A DNA stretch of 64,000 nucleotides. It comes from an uncultured Lachnospira sp. (lineage in GTDB: Bacteria > Bacillota > Clostridia > Lachnospirales > Lachnospiraceae). The DNA lies in contig CAMHLZ010000002.1 of assembly GCA_946186125.1 (NCBI GenBank), forward strand, positions 22,930-86,929. The letters are read 5' to 3'. The notes under the pieces are model-generated. The model had not been told where the DNA came from, searched no databases, and was given only the letters and a program-made list of their open reading frames with translations. Below are positions 49,913-60,091 of the stretch, piece after piece. The first letter of the stretch is position 1. Each line of letters starts with the position of its first letter. The position numbers and the translations under genes are program-made.

Positions 49913-50719
49913 ATGTCAATATTAAATGAAATTGCTAATCGTACTAAATTGCGTGTTGAAAGTGATATCAATACCGTTTCAAGAGAAGAAATGATGGACA
50001 AAGCATTGCATTTTAATTCAAAGCTTCCACCTTTTTCTTTTGAAAATGCATTAAAACAAACCGGTATTAATTTTATATGTGAAATCAAAAAGGCTTCTCC
50101 TTCTAAAGGGGTGATTGCCGAAGATTTTCCTTATAAGGATATCGCTGTCTCATACGAAGAAGCCGGAGCTTCATGTATATCCTGTCTTACGGAACCTGAG
50201 TATTTTAAAGGAGCTGACAGGTATTTAAGTGAAATAAAGGATGTAGTGAATATCCCTGTTCTTCGCAAAGACTTTACCGTTGATAAATATATGATTTATC
50301 AGGCAAAAACACTTAATGCAGATTGTGTATTATTAATATGTTCTCTTCTTGACGAAGAGACTTTAAAACGATATATTGATATCTGCGATTCACTTGGTCT
50401 CTCCGCTTTGGTGGAAACTCACGATGCTAAAGAGATTCAGATGGCAATAAATGCCGGCGCAAGAATTATCGGCGTTAATAATCGTGATTTAAAAACATTT
50501 ACGGTAGACATCCACAATAGCGAGCGATTGAGAAAGCTTGTCCCATCCGACATATTATTTATCGCTGAAAGCGGAATTAAGACGCCTGAGGATATAAAAG
50601 TCCTCTCTGATGCAAATGTTAACGGTGTTCTGATTGGTGAAACTTTTATGCGAAGTAATGATAAAAAAGGAATGTTACAATATCTGAAAGGTGAAAGGAT
50701 TGATTATGAAAATGAATGA
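49913..50719 (+). CDS. trpC: Indole-3-glycerol phosphate synthase (not fused to TrpF)
   Basis: 268 aa. Motifs [24 protein letters not shown] and ESGI. Confidence 0.95.
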   Translation: MSILNEIANRTKLRVESDINTVSREEMMDKALHFNSKLPPFSFENALKQTGINFICEIKKASPSKGVIAEDFPYKDIAVSYEEAGASCISCLTEPEYFKGADRYLSEIKDVVNIPVLRKDFTVDKYMIYQAKTLNADCVLLICSLLDEETLKRYIDICDSLGLSALVETHDAKEIQMAINAGARIIGVNNRDLKTFTVDIHNSERLRKLVPSDILFIAESGIKTPEDIKVLSDANVNGVLIGETFMRSNDKKGMLQYLKGERIDYENE

Positions 50720-51896
50720 AGGCAGATTTGGAGAATATGGCGGACAGTATGTTCCCGAAACCCTCATGAAGGCTGTTTTGGAACTTAACGAGGCTTACGA
50801 CCATTATAAAAACGACCCTGATTTTATAAAAGAATTAGATGATTTATATAAGAATTATGCAGGCCGTCCTTCTCTTTTATACTATGCAGAGAAGATGACA
50901 AAGGATTTAGGCGGTGCTAAGATTTATCTTAAACGTGAGGATTTAAACCATACCGGTTCTCACAAGATTAACAATGTATTAGGTCAGATTCTTCTGGCTA
51001 AGAAAATGGGCAAAAAACGTGTTATCGCTGAGACAGGAGCCGGACAGCACGGTGTTGCCACTGCAACCGGTGCAGCTTTAATGGGTATGGAATGCGAGAT
51101 TTTCATGGGCAAACTCGACACTGAACGTCAGGCTCTTAACGTATACCGTATGGAGCTTTTAGGTGCTAAGGTTCATCCTGTCGAGAGTGGTACCGCTACT
51201 CTTAAGGATGCCGTAAACGAGGCTATGCGCGAATGGACCAAACGTGTTGATGATACTTTATATGTTCTTGGTTCTGTTATGGGACCTCATCCTTTCCCAA
51301 CTATCGTAAGGGATTTTCAGAAAGTTATCAGCAAAGAGATTAAAGAGCAGATGCTCGCTAAAGAAGGCAGACTTCCTGATGCCGTTATCGCATGTGTAGG
51401 TGGCGGAAGCAATGCAATGGGTGCTTTTTACGAATTTATTGAAGATAAGGATGTTCAGCTGATTGGATGCGAGGCTGCAGGTCTCGGTGCTGACACTCCT
51501 AAAACAGCGGCAACCATTGCTACAGGTTCTACAGGTATTTTCCATGGCATGAAGTCTTTATTCTGTCAGGATGAATATGGCCAGATTGCTCCGGTTTACT
51601 CTATATCTGCAGGGCTTGATTATCCCGGTATCGGACCTGAGCACGCAATGCTTCATGATTCCGGTCGTGCTCAATACGTACCTATTACTGACGATGAAGC
51701 GGTAAATGCATTTGAATATCTTTCAAGAACAGAGGGTATTATTCCTGCAATTGAGAGTTCCCATGCTGTTGCTTATGCTCTTAAACTTGCTCCGACCATG
51801 GACAAGGATAAGATTATTGTTATTAATATTTCCGGACGCGGTGATAAGGATGTTGCTGCGATTGCAAGATACAAGGGGGTAAATCTTTATGACTAA
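50706..51896 (+). CDS. trpB: Tryptophan synthase beta chain
   Basis: Preferred start is [18 protein letters not shown]. Motifs [19 protein letters not shown] and GGGSNAMG. Confidence 0.95.
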   Translation: MKMNEGRFGEYGGQYVPETLMKAVLELNEAYDHYKNDPDFIKELDDLYKNYAGRPSLLYYAEKMTKDLGGAKIYLKREDLNHTGSHKINNVLGQILLAKKMGKKRVIAETGAGQHGVATATGAALMGMECEIFMGKLDTERQALNVYRMELLGAKVHPVESGTATLKDAVNEAMREWTKRVDDTLYVLGSVMGPHPFPTIVRDFQKVISKEIKEQMLAKEGRLPDAVIACVGGGSNAMGAFYEFIEDKDVQLIGCEAAGLGADTPKTAATIATGSTGIFHGMKSLFCQDEYGQIAPVYSISAGLDYPGIGPEHAMLHDSGRAQYVPITDDEAVNAFEYLSRTEGIIPAIESSHAVAYALKLAPTMDKDKIIVINISGRGDKDVAAIARYKGVNLYD

Positions 51897-52659
51897 ATTA
51901 TCTGATGCTTTTAAAAACGGTAAGGCTTTCATTGGTTTTGTAACCGGTGGTGACCCTGACCTTGATACTACTGAAAAGCTTTTATTTGCCATGCAGGAAG
52001 CCGGCGCTGATGTTATTGAAATTGGTATTCCTTTTTCTGATCCTATAGCAGAAGGACCAGTCATACAGGAAGCCAGTCTCAGGGCTTTAAATGCCGGATG
52101 TACTACCGATAAATTATTTGACCTTGTTAAAAAAGTTAAAAATGATATACATATTCCTCTTGTTTTTATGACTTATATAAATCCTATTTATACTTACGGC
52201 AAGGAAAAATTTATGAAGAATTGCCACGAATGTGGTATCAGCGGTGTTATAGTTCCTGATCTGCCGTTTGAGGAGAAAGCTGAACTTGCTCCTTTCTGCA
52301 AGGAGTATGATGTTGACCTTGTCTCTTTAATCGCTCCTACTTCAAAAGAGCGTATTACGAAGATATCTAAGGAAGCTGAAGGCTTTGTGTATTGTGTTTC
52401 TTCTCTTGGTGTTACCGGTGTGAGAAGCGAAATCACTACTGACATTGGTGCCATGACTGAACTCGTCCGCAAAGCAACTGACACTCCTTGTGCCATCGGT
52501 TTTGGTATATCTACTCCTGAACAGGCAAAAAAAATGTCTGAACAGGCTGACGGTGTAATTGTCGGAAGTGCTATTGTACGAATTGTCGCAGAACACGGAC
52601 AGGATTGCATTCCTTACGTGAAGGATTATGTAAAGTCTATGAAGGATGCTATTTCTTAA
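51889..52659 (+). CDS. trpA: Tryptophan synthase alpha chain
   Basis: 256 aa. Motifs [22 protein letters not shown] and GFGIS. The ATG overlaps the trpB stop. Confidence 0.95.
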   Translation: MTKLSDAFKNGKAFIGFVTGGDPDLDTTEKLLFAMQEAGADVIEIGIPFSDPIAEGPVIQEASLRALNAGCTTDKLFDLVKKVKNDIHIPLVFMTYINPIYTYGKEKFMKNCHECGISGVIVPDLPFEEKAELAPFCKEYDVDLVSLIAPTSKERITKISKEAEGFVYCVSSLGVTGVRSEITTDIGAMTELVRKATDTPCAIGFGISTPEQAKKMSEQADGVIVGSAIVRIVAEHGQDCIPYVKDYVKSMKDAIS

Positions 52660-52680
52660 GATAGAATTTTTGATATTTGT

Positions 52681-52719
52681 GCGGAGAAGACTTTTGTTTA
52701 AAGGCTTCTTCGCTTTTTT
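52681..52719 (+). terminator. trp operon terminator
   Basis: GCGGAGAAG-15 nt loop-CTTCTTCGC (one G-U) followed by TTTTTT. Confidence 0.65.
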
Positions 52720-52830
52720 AGCGGCAATGCCGGTTTTTCTTGCTTTCGTGAATTTCTCGTCGTGAACTGTATCAGAAACTTATTTTTCGACAGCTACACT
52801 AGTATAGTCGTTTTTTAATCTATTTCCGCG

Positions 52831-52861
52831 AAAAAAATCGACCGTACATCAAGTAACGGTC
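52831..52861 (-). terminator. murA terminator
   Basis: GACCGT-10 nt loop-ACGGTC, followed by T7 on the minus strand. Confidence 0.55.
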
Positions 52862-52873
52862 AATTTTCCATTT

Positions 52874-54166
52874 CTATACTGCCTTCAGTCTGAACTTCTG
52901 TGCATCGTGTTCGCTTGACACTTTCTCAATCTTTGCACCAAGTCCTCTTAACTTTTCTTCAAATTTCTCATAACCACGCTGAATATATACGATATCATCC
53001 ACGGTAGTAAATCCTTCAGCGGCAAGACCTGCAATTACAAGCGCTGCTCCTGCTCTTAAATCTGGTGCACTAACCTGTGCTCCCATATATTTTTTTACTC
53101 CGACAATAAATGCCGAGTTACCTTCAACTTTGATGTTAGCACCCATTCTCGTGAGTTCATCAACATATTTAAATCTATTTTCAAAAATACTTTCCGTAAC
53201 CACACTGGTTCCTGTAGACAACGCAAGTGCTACTGCTATCTGTGGCTGCATATCAGTCGGAAATCCCGGATATGGCAATGTCTTTACATGTGTCGCTTTT
53301 AACTCTTCAGGTCCGATAACTCTTACTGCATCATCATATTCTTCTATACAGCATCCTATCTCTAAAAGCTTGGCTGTAATAGCCTCTAAATGCTTTGGAA
53401 TAACGTTTTTTACAAGTACATTACCACGTGTAGCTGCTGCTGCAAACATGAATGTTCCTGCTTCAATCTGGTCAGGTATAACAGAATATTCCGTGCCATG
53501 AAGCTTCTCTACTCCTTTTATCCTTATAACGTCAGTACCTGCTCCCTTTATATTAGCTCCCATACTGTTCAACATGTTAGCCACATCAACGACATGAGGT
53601 TCTTTTGCCGCATTCTCTATAATAGTCTTGCCATCTGCCATGGCTGCAGCAAGCATTACGTTAATTGTAGCACCTACAGATACAACGTCCATATATATAT
53701 GATTACCAACAAGATTCTGTGCTTCCGTCATAATCATACCGTGGTCAATCTCAACTTCAGCTCCAAGTGCCTTAAATCCCTTAATATGCTGATCAATCGG
53801 TCTGCTTCCTATGTTACATCCCCCCGGAAGTGCTACCTCCGCTTTGTGATATTTTCCCAAAAGAGCTCCCAACAGGTAATATGAAGCCCTAATCTTCTTT
53901 ATATATTCATAATCAACTCTCACCGATGAAATCGTACTGCTGTCAATCTCAACACAATTCGCATCTCTTCTAATGACTCTTGCACCAATTCCCTCTATCG
54001 CCTGAATAAGTACATTAATATCTCTGACATCCGGAAGATTATCAATCACAACCTTATCATCTGTCATAATAGCAGCAGCAACTAATGCCAAAGCTGCATT
54101 CTTTGCTCCACTGATTTCTACATCACCTGTAAGGGGTATTCCACCCTTTATAATGTATTGCTCCAT
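52874..54166 (-). CDS. murA: UDP-N-acetylglucosamine 1-carboxyvinyltransferase
   Basis: 430 aa. MEQYIIKGGIPLTGDVEISGAKNAAL start, active-site loop LPGGCNIGSRPIDQH. Confidence 0.95.
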   Translation of the reverse strand: MEQYIIKGGIPLTGDVEISGAKNAALALVAAAIMTDDKVVIDNLPDVRDINVLIQAIEGIGARVIRRDANCVEIDSSTISSVRVDYEYIKKIRASYYLLGALLGKYHKAEVALPGGCNIGSRPIDQHIKGFKALGAEVEIDHGMIMTEAQNLVGNHIYMDVVSVGATINVMLAAAMADGKTIIENAAKEPHVVDVANMLNSMGANIKGAGTDVIRIKGVEKLHGTEYSVIPDQIEAGTFMFAAAATRGNVLVKNVIPKHLEAITAKLLEIGCCIEEYDDAVRVIGPEELKATHVKTLPYPGFPTDMQPQIAVALALSTGTSVVTESIFENRFKYVDELTRMGANIKVEGNSAFIVGVKKYMGAQVSAPDLRAGAALVIAGLAAEGFTTVDDIVYIQRGYEKFEEKLRGLGAKIEKVSSEHDAQKFRLKAV

Positions 54167-54296
54167 ATTTCACCTCAAATAATCAACTAATTCCATCTAT
54201 TAATATATAATCAACTATCTATATCACATCTATAAACTATATAATTCCTTATATGATTATAGCACAAACCTTTAATTTGTAAATTACTATTTTTTA

Positions 54297-55832
54297 TTAA
54301 TTCAAATAGTCTAATGGATTCACCTGACTTCCGTTTACTATTATCTCAAAATGCACATGCGGTCCCGTACTATCTCCTGTATTTCCACTCAATGCTACTT
54401 TTTCTCCCTGCGAAACACTCTCGCCCACTGATACCAGAATCTGGCTTAAATGCCCGTATCTGGTATGCATTCCGTTAGAATGAGCTATCTCTACAAGGTA
54501 ACCGTAACCTCTTACCCATCCTGCAGTAACTACTTTTCCGTCACACGATGCGTTTATGGCTGTTCCTATCGGACACGCCCAGTCAACTCCCTTATGCATG
54601 GTTCCCCATCTTCTTCCAAATCCTGACGAAAATCTTCCACCCGCAAGCGGTTTTATGAATGTAGGAGGAACTATCGTTCCAATCTCAACCACCTTAGATG
54701 ATGCCGGTGTTATTATGCTTTCTTCTATTATATCCCTGCTAATCTCGGAATCATTTTCGTATACAACTTTTGCTTTTACCTTTCTGTATCCTGTAGCGCC
54801 TTCAGATAGCACTCTGCGGTCGGTTGTATAGAGACTGTCATTGTATACATATTCTTCTTCTGCTTCATAGCTTTCTTCATATGTCATCTGCTTTGTAACT
54901 ATAACCGAAAGTTCCGGCTTTGGAACCATTACCGTTATCAAATCCCCTATTCCGATAACCGAGTCCGCAGTAAGTCCCGGGTTCATGGCAAGAAGCTGTG
55001 CCATGTATAAATCATATTTTTCCGCAATTGAAGAAAGGCAGTCTCCTTCCTCCACAACATAAGTCTCATTCTCTTCTTTTTCTTTTGTAACATCTTCTAT
55101 AGCAGTATCAATATCTGTAATGTTTTTCGAATCCGTGTATGTCTCAAGCACCCGGATATTCTCTGCAAATGATATATCGGTAATGCCATCACTTACTGTC
55201 TCTTCTTTCTCTTTCTCTGATGGTACGGGTTCAGCAACTCCGTTCGTCGCCATTACCATCTGTTTTTTATTGGCTGCCATACTTGATTTATATGCAACCG
55301 CTTTCATATATGAGTAAGCTCCCGTGTCTTCTCCGGCTAAATCAATCTGAAAACTGTTATCTGTATCGTAGGACGCCTTTGCTGCATTAAGAAGTTTCAC
55401 AACTTCTTCTTTCGAACCTAAAGTAACCGTATAATCATCTATGTTAACAACATATGCCTTTTCGCAATCTCTCTCAGGTTCATCACTATCTTTAAGAATG
55501 TGGTACATCCTTTCTTCTAACTGTGAACCACTGATTCTGTCTCCAATCAGATGCTTTTCATGCTCTATCTCAATATCCTGGCCGATACATGTGAGTCCGT
55601 CGGCCTCTGCATTTACACGCAGTCTTGCATTTGCAAGTGCATCATAAATCTGTTGCTTACCAGCTACCGAGCCTACCATTTCTCCATTCAACGTAACTTT
55701 ATAAAAACTATCGGCTTTTTCACACGAAGACGAAAAAGCCGGATAAATAATCATTAGTCCAAATGCAGCAGCCACCGCTGTCATGGTGTATACCACTTTG
55801 ACCTTACTTTTAATCTTTTTTAATCTGAACAT
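54297..55832 (-). CDS. M23 family metallopeptidase with LysM domain
   Basis: N-terminal TM. LysM YVVEEGDCLSSIAEKYDLYMAQLLAMNPGL. LytM motifs HKGVDWA and GDSTGPHVHFEI. Confidence 0.88.
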   Translation of the reverse strand: MFRLKKIKSKVKVVYTMTAVAAAFGLMIIYPAFSSSCEKADSFYKVTLNGEMVGSVAGKQQIYDALANARLRVNAEADGLTCIGQDIEIEHEKHLIGDRISGSQLEERMYHILKDSDEPERDCEKAYVVNIDDYTVTLGSKEEVVKLLNAAKASYDTDNSFQIDLAGEDTGAYSYMKAVAYKSSMAANKKQMVMATNGVAEPVPSEKEKEETVSDGITDISFAENIRVLETYTDSKNITDIDTAIEDVTKEKEENETYVVEEGDCLSSIAEKYDLYMAQLLAMNPGLTADSVIGIGDLITVMVPKPELSVIVTKQMTYEESYEAEEEYVYNDSLYTTDRRVLSEGATGYRKVKAKVVYENDSEISRDIIEESIITPASSKVVEIGTIVPPTFIKPLAGGRFSSGFGRRWGTMHKGVDWACPIGTAINASCDGKVVTAGWVRGYGYLVEIAHSNGMHTRYGHLSQILVSVGESVSQGEKVALSGNTGDSTGPHVHFEIIVNGSQVNPLDYLN

Positions 55833-55935
55833 TACCCTCTTGTACCCTTTCGCAAATTAAATCAAAATCTTACTTCTCCGTAATGTTCTTGATTTTATCA
55901 ATATTTTTTGCATTTGTAAACACCTTATTTAAAAT

Positions 55936-57798
55936 TCACTCATTTTTCTTTCTGTTTTCGAAATATACAAATGAATCTATTGCATCAAGGATATTAGCAA
56001 AATCCTCTCTCGGTGCCACATCTATATATTTCTTCAGAATCCCAGTCTGTGCATCATTTCGATATCTGCTGTAGAATATATCAAACAGGTTATGTCCCCT
56101 GACATATATTTTTATGTTTTCAATATTCTTTTTTATATCTTCTTTACTTGTAAATCTTAAATTCAGGTTCCTGCACATCCTCTTCATACTTGGAAGCTTA
56201 TACAGGTAATCCTTATATTTCTTCCAAAGAATAACATAAAAGTCTTCTTCATTTTTAATAACTCCAATTTTTGCCATAACCTTCGGGTCAAGGAAATAAT
56301 TTTCAAATGAATAATATTTTAGGACGAGTACGTTTTTAGGAGTCACTCTCGGAATATTATCAACATCTTCTTTTGCACGCTGGCTGTAATAACTGCAGAG
56401 CTGTTTGACAAGATGTTTCGGATTCTTACCGTCACTGTCCCTTATCATCAAAAACTGGTCCTTTAAATATAATTTATTAATATATTTAAGGTTTGCGTAT
56501 GTTTTTATATTAGTACAGCTGTTTGTCGGAATAATGGATATCCTCTGCAGCATTCCGTCTTCATCATAGATTTCCGAATAATATTTTTCGAGAAGCATCG
56601 GCAGTCTGTTGCTGTCCTGTTTGCCTTCCACGATAAACACAAAACTTACATTCATAAGGTCGTTCGCCGTATATCCCAGATCGTCAAGTATCTCATCAAT
56701 ATCCGTATCTTCATTTACTATCGTATAGTAATCTTCATCAAGCATAACCTGTTTAATCTGCCTTGAAGAGAAATTAAACAACATATTTGGTGAGTGCGTT
56801 GAAAAAATTACCTGATTCTTTTTTGAGAGGCGGAACAATATTTCACTCGCTGATTTTTGTAATTGCGGATGCAGATATGTCTCCGGATCCTCTATCATTA
56901 CAATACTCGGTACTATTCCGTTTTCCTGTATATAAGTCTCAATAAGTGATAACAGATATATACTTCTTAAGCCTGCACTCATCGTCTCTATTTCACATAC
57001 CGCATTCCTGCCCTCATGATACACCATCGTTTTTATCTCAAATAAATCATCAGAGCTGTAGCGTACCTCATACTTCACCGACTGAGAACCTGCCCCGTTT
57101 TTCTTAAAACATTGATTTACAGTATCAGCAAAACGGTCCAGTTTCATATTGAATACTTTGTACTCCATCAATTTTGCTGTTTCCGTAAGTGTAAGTTCTT
57201 CCGGTGTTTTTTTGTTAATTACACCCATGCAGTCAAAACAGTTAATACATTTTTTAGTCCTGTCAAACATACATAAATGTTCTTTAAGCATATCTAACTG
57301 CTCATTTCCCTGGATTCTTAGCAGACTCGACTCAAATTCCTTAATGTTTCTCTGGTTATCAATAAAATATACCTTGGGAAATATCTGCTGTATATATGGA
57401 TTATTTTTCTTTATACCATCATTATATTTCACTTTTCCTTCTTTGTTCACAACGTAAGTAAATTTTAATTTTCCGTCATTAAATGATGGCAGTTTTGTCT
57501 GGAAATCCTTCTTCCAGAGCTCATATTTTTTATACTTTGACACTACACCATTTCTATTCAACAATACCAGATCTTCTTCTTCTATATCCAGAGTTATACT
57601 TATCTCTATATTTTTCCCGTAAGTATTAAAGTTTTCCGGCTTAATCGTATAGTTTCCCGCCACAGCCCTGATGGCATCCAATACCACTGTTTTTCCGGTA
57701 TTATTTTTACCCACAAGTATGAATGCATTATCAATGTCGTTAATTTCCATGTGTCTTACAGATTTAAAATTGTCAATAATAATGGAACTAATCTTCAT
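55936..57798 (-). CDS. ABC-type ATPase fused to Toprim/DUF4435-like nuclease domain (OLD-family or fused PARIS AriA-AriB-like candidate defence protein)
   Basis: I prefer the ATG at 57798 (GGAGGTG RBS) over the GTG at 57804. Residue numbers follow the track. Walker A GKNNTGKT (32-39), signature-like MSAGLRS (275-281), Walker B IVMIEDPETYLHP (301-313) and H-loop FSTHSP. The Toprim-like region is FIVEGKQD (390-397) and MIRDSDG (453-459), followed by YYSFENYFL (497-505). Confidence 0.7.
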   Translation of the reverse strand: MKISSIIIDNFKSVRHMEINDIDNAFILVGKNNTGKTVVLDAIRAVAGNYTIKPENFNTYGKNIEISITLDIEEEDLVLLNRNGVVSKYKKYELWKKDFQTKLPSFNDGKLKFTYVVNKEGKVKYNDGIKKNNPYIQQIFPKVYFIDNQRNIKEFESSLLRIQGNEQLDMLKEHLCMFDRTKKCINCFDCMGVINKKTPEELTLTETAKLMEYKVFNMKLDRFADTVNQCFKKNGAGSQSVKYEVRYSSDDLFEIKTMVYHEGRNAVCEIETMSAGLRSIYLLSLIETYIQENGIVPSIVMIEDPETYLHPQLQKSASEILFRLSKKNQVIFSTHSPNMLFNFSSRQIKQVMLDEDYYTIVNEDTDIDEILDDLGYTANDLMNVSFVFIVEGKQDSNRLPMLLEKYYSEIYDEDGMLQRISIIPTNSCTNIKTYANLKYINKLYLKDQFLMIRDSDGKNPKHLVKQLCSYYSQRAKEDVDNIPRVTPKNVLVLKYYSFENYFLDPKVMAKIGVIKNEEDFYVILWKKYKDYLYKLPSMKRMCRNLNLRFTSKEDIKKNIENIKIYVRGHNLFDIFYSRYRNDAQTGILKKYIDVAPREDFANILDAIDSFVYFENRKKNE

Positions 57799-57862
57799 AG
57801 GCACCTCCGGTTTTATCTTTTTATTTTTTATCGGATTATTTTGCTAATTTTTGTACCCGCTG

Positions 57863-57871
57863 TGCTATAAT
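57863..57871 (+). promoter_or_regulatory. Candidate extended -10 element of the flavin reductase gene
   Basis: TGCTATAAT (TGn-TATAAT) about 30 nt upstream of the ATG at 57902. The -35 is weak (TTGCTA at 19-nt spacing). Confidence 0.35.
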
Positions 57872-57901
57872 ATAATAATCAAGTGAAAGGAATGTTTTTA
57901 A

Positions 57902-58483
57902 ATGTCAAAACAGAATTGGAAAGCAGGGAATATGTTATATCCCGTTCCCGCAGTTATGGTAAGCTGTGGGAGAAAAAATGAAATACCCAATATTATAACA
58001 ATCGCATGGTGCGGAACGGTCTGTACGTCGCCGGCGATGCTCTCTATATCAGTACGCCCGGAAAGATACTCGTACAACATAATTAAGGATACAAAAGAAT
58101 TCGTAGTTAACCTTGTTACTAAAGAGCTGACGTACGCAGCGGATTATTGTGGCGTTAAGTCCGGAAGAGATGTTGATAAATTTAAAGAAACACATCTTAC
58201 CCCGTTAAATTCACGGCATATTAGTGCTCCCGGAATCTGTGAAAGTCCGGTAAATATTGAATGCAGGGTCACGGAAATTATTGAACTCGGGTCACATCAT
58301 ATGTTTCTGGCAGAAGTTATGGGAGTCACGGTTGACGAAAAATATATGAATGAAACCGGAAAATTTGAACTCAGCAAGTCCGGTCTGGTTTCATATTCTC
58401 ACGGAGAATATTTCCTTTTGGGTGAAAAGGTCGGAAGCTTTGGTTATTCCGTAAAAAAATCAAAACCGAACAGGAAGATGTAG
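57902..58483 (+). CDS. Flavin reductase-like FMN-binding domain protein
   Basis: 193 aa. The LYPVPAVMVSCG...NIITIAWCGTVCTSPAMLSISVRP pattern is typical of the flavin reductase-like family. Confidence 0.75.
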   Translation: MSKQNWKAGNMLYPVPAVMVSCGRKNEIPNIITIAWCGTVCTSPAMLSISVRPERYSYNIIKDTKEFVVNLVTKELTYAADYCGVKSGRDVDKFKETHLTPLNSRHISAPGICESPVNIECRVTEIIELGSHHMFLAEVMGVTVDEKYMNETGKFELSKSGLVSYSHGEYFLLGEKVGSFGYSVKKSKPNRKM

Positions 58484-58610
58484 AGGTAAACGAAGTGTAC
58501 TGCCATACACGGCCATATACACAAATGCAAGCACCCACGGCGGTACAAACGCAAGTCCGAGAAAAATTAAAATACGATATGTCAATTAGTCTGTCATCAT
58601 AATCAGAAAC

Positions 58611-58652
58611 AAAAAAAGAAATGAGCCACAGCAGCCGCCACGTCTCATTTCT
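58611..58652 (-). terminator. Terminator of the Cache-GGDEF gene
   Basis: AGAAATGAG-18 nt GC-rich loop-CTCATTTCT, followed by T7 on the minus strand. Confidence 0.65.
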
Positions 58653-58669
58653 TCTCAATTCATAATATA

Positions 58670-60091
58670 CTAATTCGATAATCTGCTCTTCATTACATTC
58701 ATGCTCTGACCTGCTTCTTCTAAGAGTTCAGAAGAAGTTTTACCTGTTCCCTCGCCTGCACTTGGATATCTGACTGCATTTCCATGAATTACTGAAAGTT
58801 TAAACGCATTTTCGTGACTGTTAAACTTATCAATCATATCATTCATTTCAGAAAGTGCTGCATAATACGACTGTTCAACGCCACCCGTAAGGATTGAAAT
58901 AAATCCTTCCTCGCTTATTCTTCCTACAAATCCGTATTTTCCAAATGACTTTTCAAGAATATTTCCAAATGCCTTAATTACCTTATCACCCTCAGACATA
59001 CCATGGGTTTCATTTATATTCATGAAATCATCTATAGACAATGTTACAAGCATTGCTGACTCGCCTTTATTTTCATCCATGTTCTGTAATGCGAATGAAC
59101 AGCTTGCACGATTCGCAGTTCCTGATAGCGGATCAATAAATGCATCTTTCTCTCTTGCAAGCATATTCTTATACATTATTGCAATACAGATAAGTATGAA
59201 TAACATCAGACCTATCGATATCAACTGTGTCTTCATGATATTCTGGATGTCACCCATAACCTCCTCAGAAGAAACTGTCATACATACTTTCCAGTGACAA
59301 TAATCTATATCTGCCGTAGCAGCGAATAATTTTTCACCTTTTACGCTTGTCTCACCAACTGTTGTTTCTTCAGATTCGATAGCTTTTTTTATGAAATTAA
59401 GCATCTTCTTTTCGTCTTTATATACATTAAAATATTTCTTCTGCTGATTTACAAGCATCATATCACTGCTTGCAACATAAGTACCTGTCGTATCAAGAAC
59501 CATTACGTCGTATTTTCCTTCAATGTCCTGTACTGCCATATATAAATCAGACAAATCCACAACTCCGCAAATTACGCCAACTTTTGTCTCGCCGTTATAT
59601 ATTGGTACACAAATCGTAGTAATAGACTTTTTCTCGTTAGCTCTGTAGAATGGAGATGTGATATACAAATCACTTGCCATAATATCTTCAAAGAAACGTT
59701 CTTTACTCTGATCCCTTACTTTTCCTTCATCAAAATAATAACCGTTTCCTTCACTGTCCACAATAAATATAGATTCAAATCCTAATCTTTCTGTCTTATC
59801 TAAAATGTATTCTTTCTGTTTTTCCTGATCCATCTGATTTATTTCAGGAAGCGTTGTTAAAAACTGCAATGTTTCTATTTTTTTATTAAATATGTGATTA
59901 ACAACTTCTGCACATTGTTCTGCCCTGTTTTTCATAGTCATTTTTGCATTTTCTTCTGTAGAATCTTTTGCATTTGTGTAATTGTTCATAGAAATGGAAA
60001 ATACCCAGATAATAGCCACAACCATCAACACCCACAAAAGGCTGCTTCTCACACTTGTTTTAACCCGCAGATAAAAATTATTTTTTTTCAT
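58670..60091 (-). CDS. Membrane sensor with extracytoplasmic Cache-like domain and degenerate GGDEF domain
   Basis: TM1, a periplasmic sensor region of about 250 aa, then TM2. Next comes DPLSGTANRAS...SIDDFMNINETHGMSEGDKV...GRISEEGFISIL, so the GGDEF position reads SEEGF. Confidence 0.7.
   Translation of the reverse strand: MKKNNFYLRVKTSVRSSLLWVLMVVAIIWVFSISMNNYTNAKDSTEENAKMTMKNRAEQCAEVVNHIFNKKIETLQFLTTLPEINQMDQEKQKEYILDKTERLGFESIFIVDSEGNGYYFDEGKVRDQSKERFFEDIMASDLYITSPFYRANEKKSITTICVPIYNGETKVGVICGVVDLSDLYMAVQDIEGKYDVMVLDTTGTYVASSDMMLVNQQKKYFNVYKDEKKMLNFIKKAIESEETTVGETSVKGEKLFAATADIDYCHWKVCMTVSSEEVMGDIQNIMKTQLISIGLMLFILICIAIMYKNMLAREKDAFIDPLSGTANRASCSFALQNMDENKGESAMLVTLSIDDFMNINETHGMSEGDKVIKAFGNILEKSFGKYGFVGRISEEGFISILTGGVEQSYYAALSEMNDMIDKFNSHENAFKLSVIHGNAVRYPSAGEGTGKTSSELLEEAGQSMNVMKSRLSN

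Noticed and set aside
55840-57858. 8-bp direct repeat TTGTACCC at 55840-55847 and 57851-57858, flanking the ATPase-Toprim gene. It could be a target-site duplication.
   Set aside because: A shared 8-mer between two flanks of about 100 nt is reasonably likely by chance. One copy overlaps the RBS region of the M23 gene and the other a candidate promoter. No terminal inverted repeats or recombinase are present.
58460-58585. 41-codon hydrophobic ORF (TTG start, LTYRILIFLGLAFVPPWVLAFVYMAVYG...) on the minus strand, in a locally GC-richer patch downstream of the flavin reductase gene.
   Set aside because: It has no convincing RBS or promoter, uses a non-ATG start, and overlaps the flavin reductase 3' end. 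It may be a gene remnant or chance. It cannot be supported without conservation or ribosome-profiling data.
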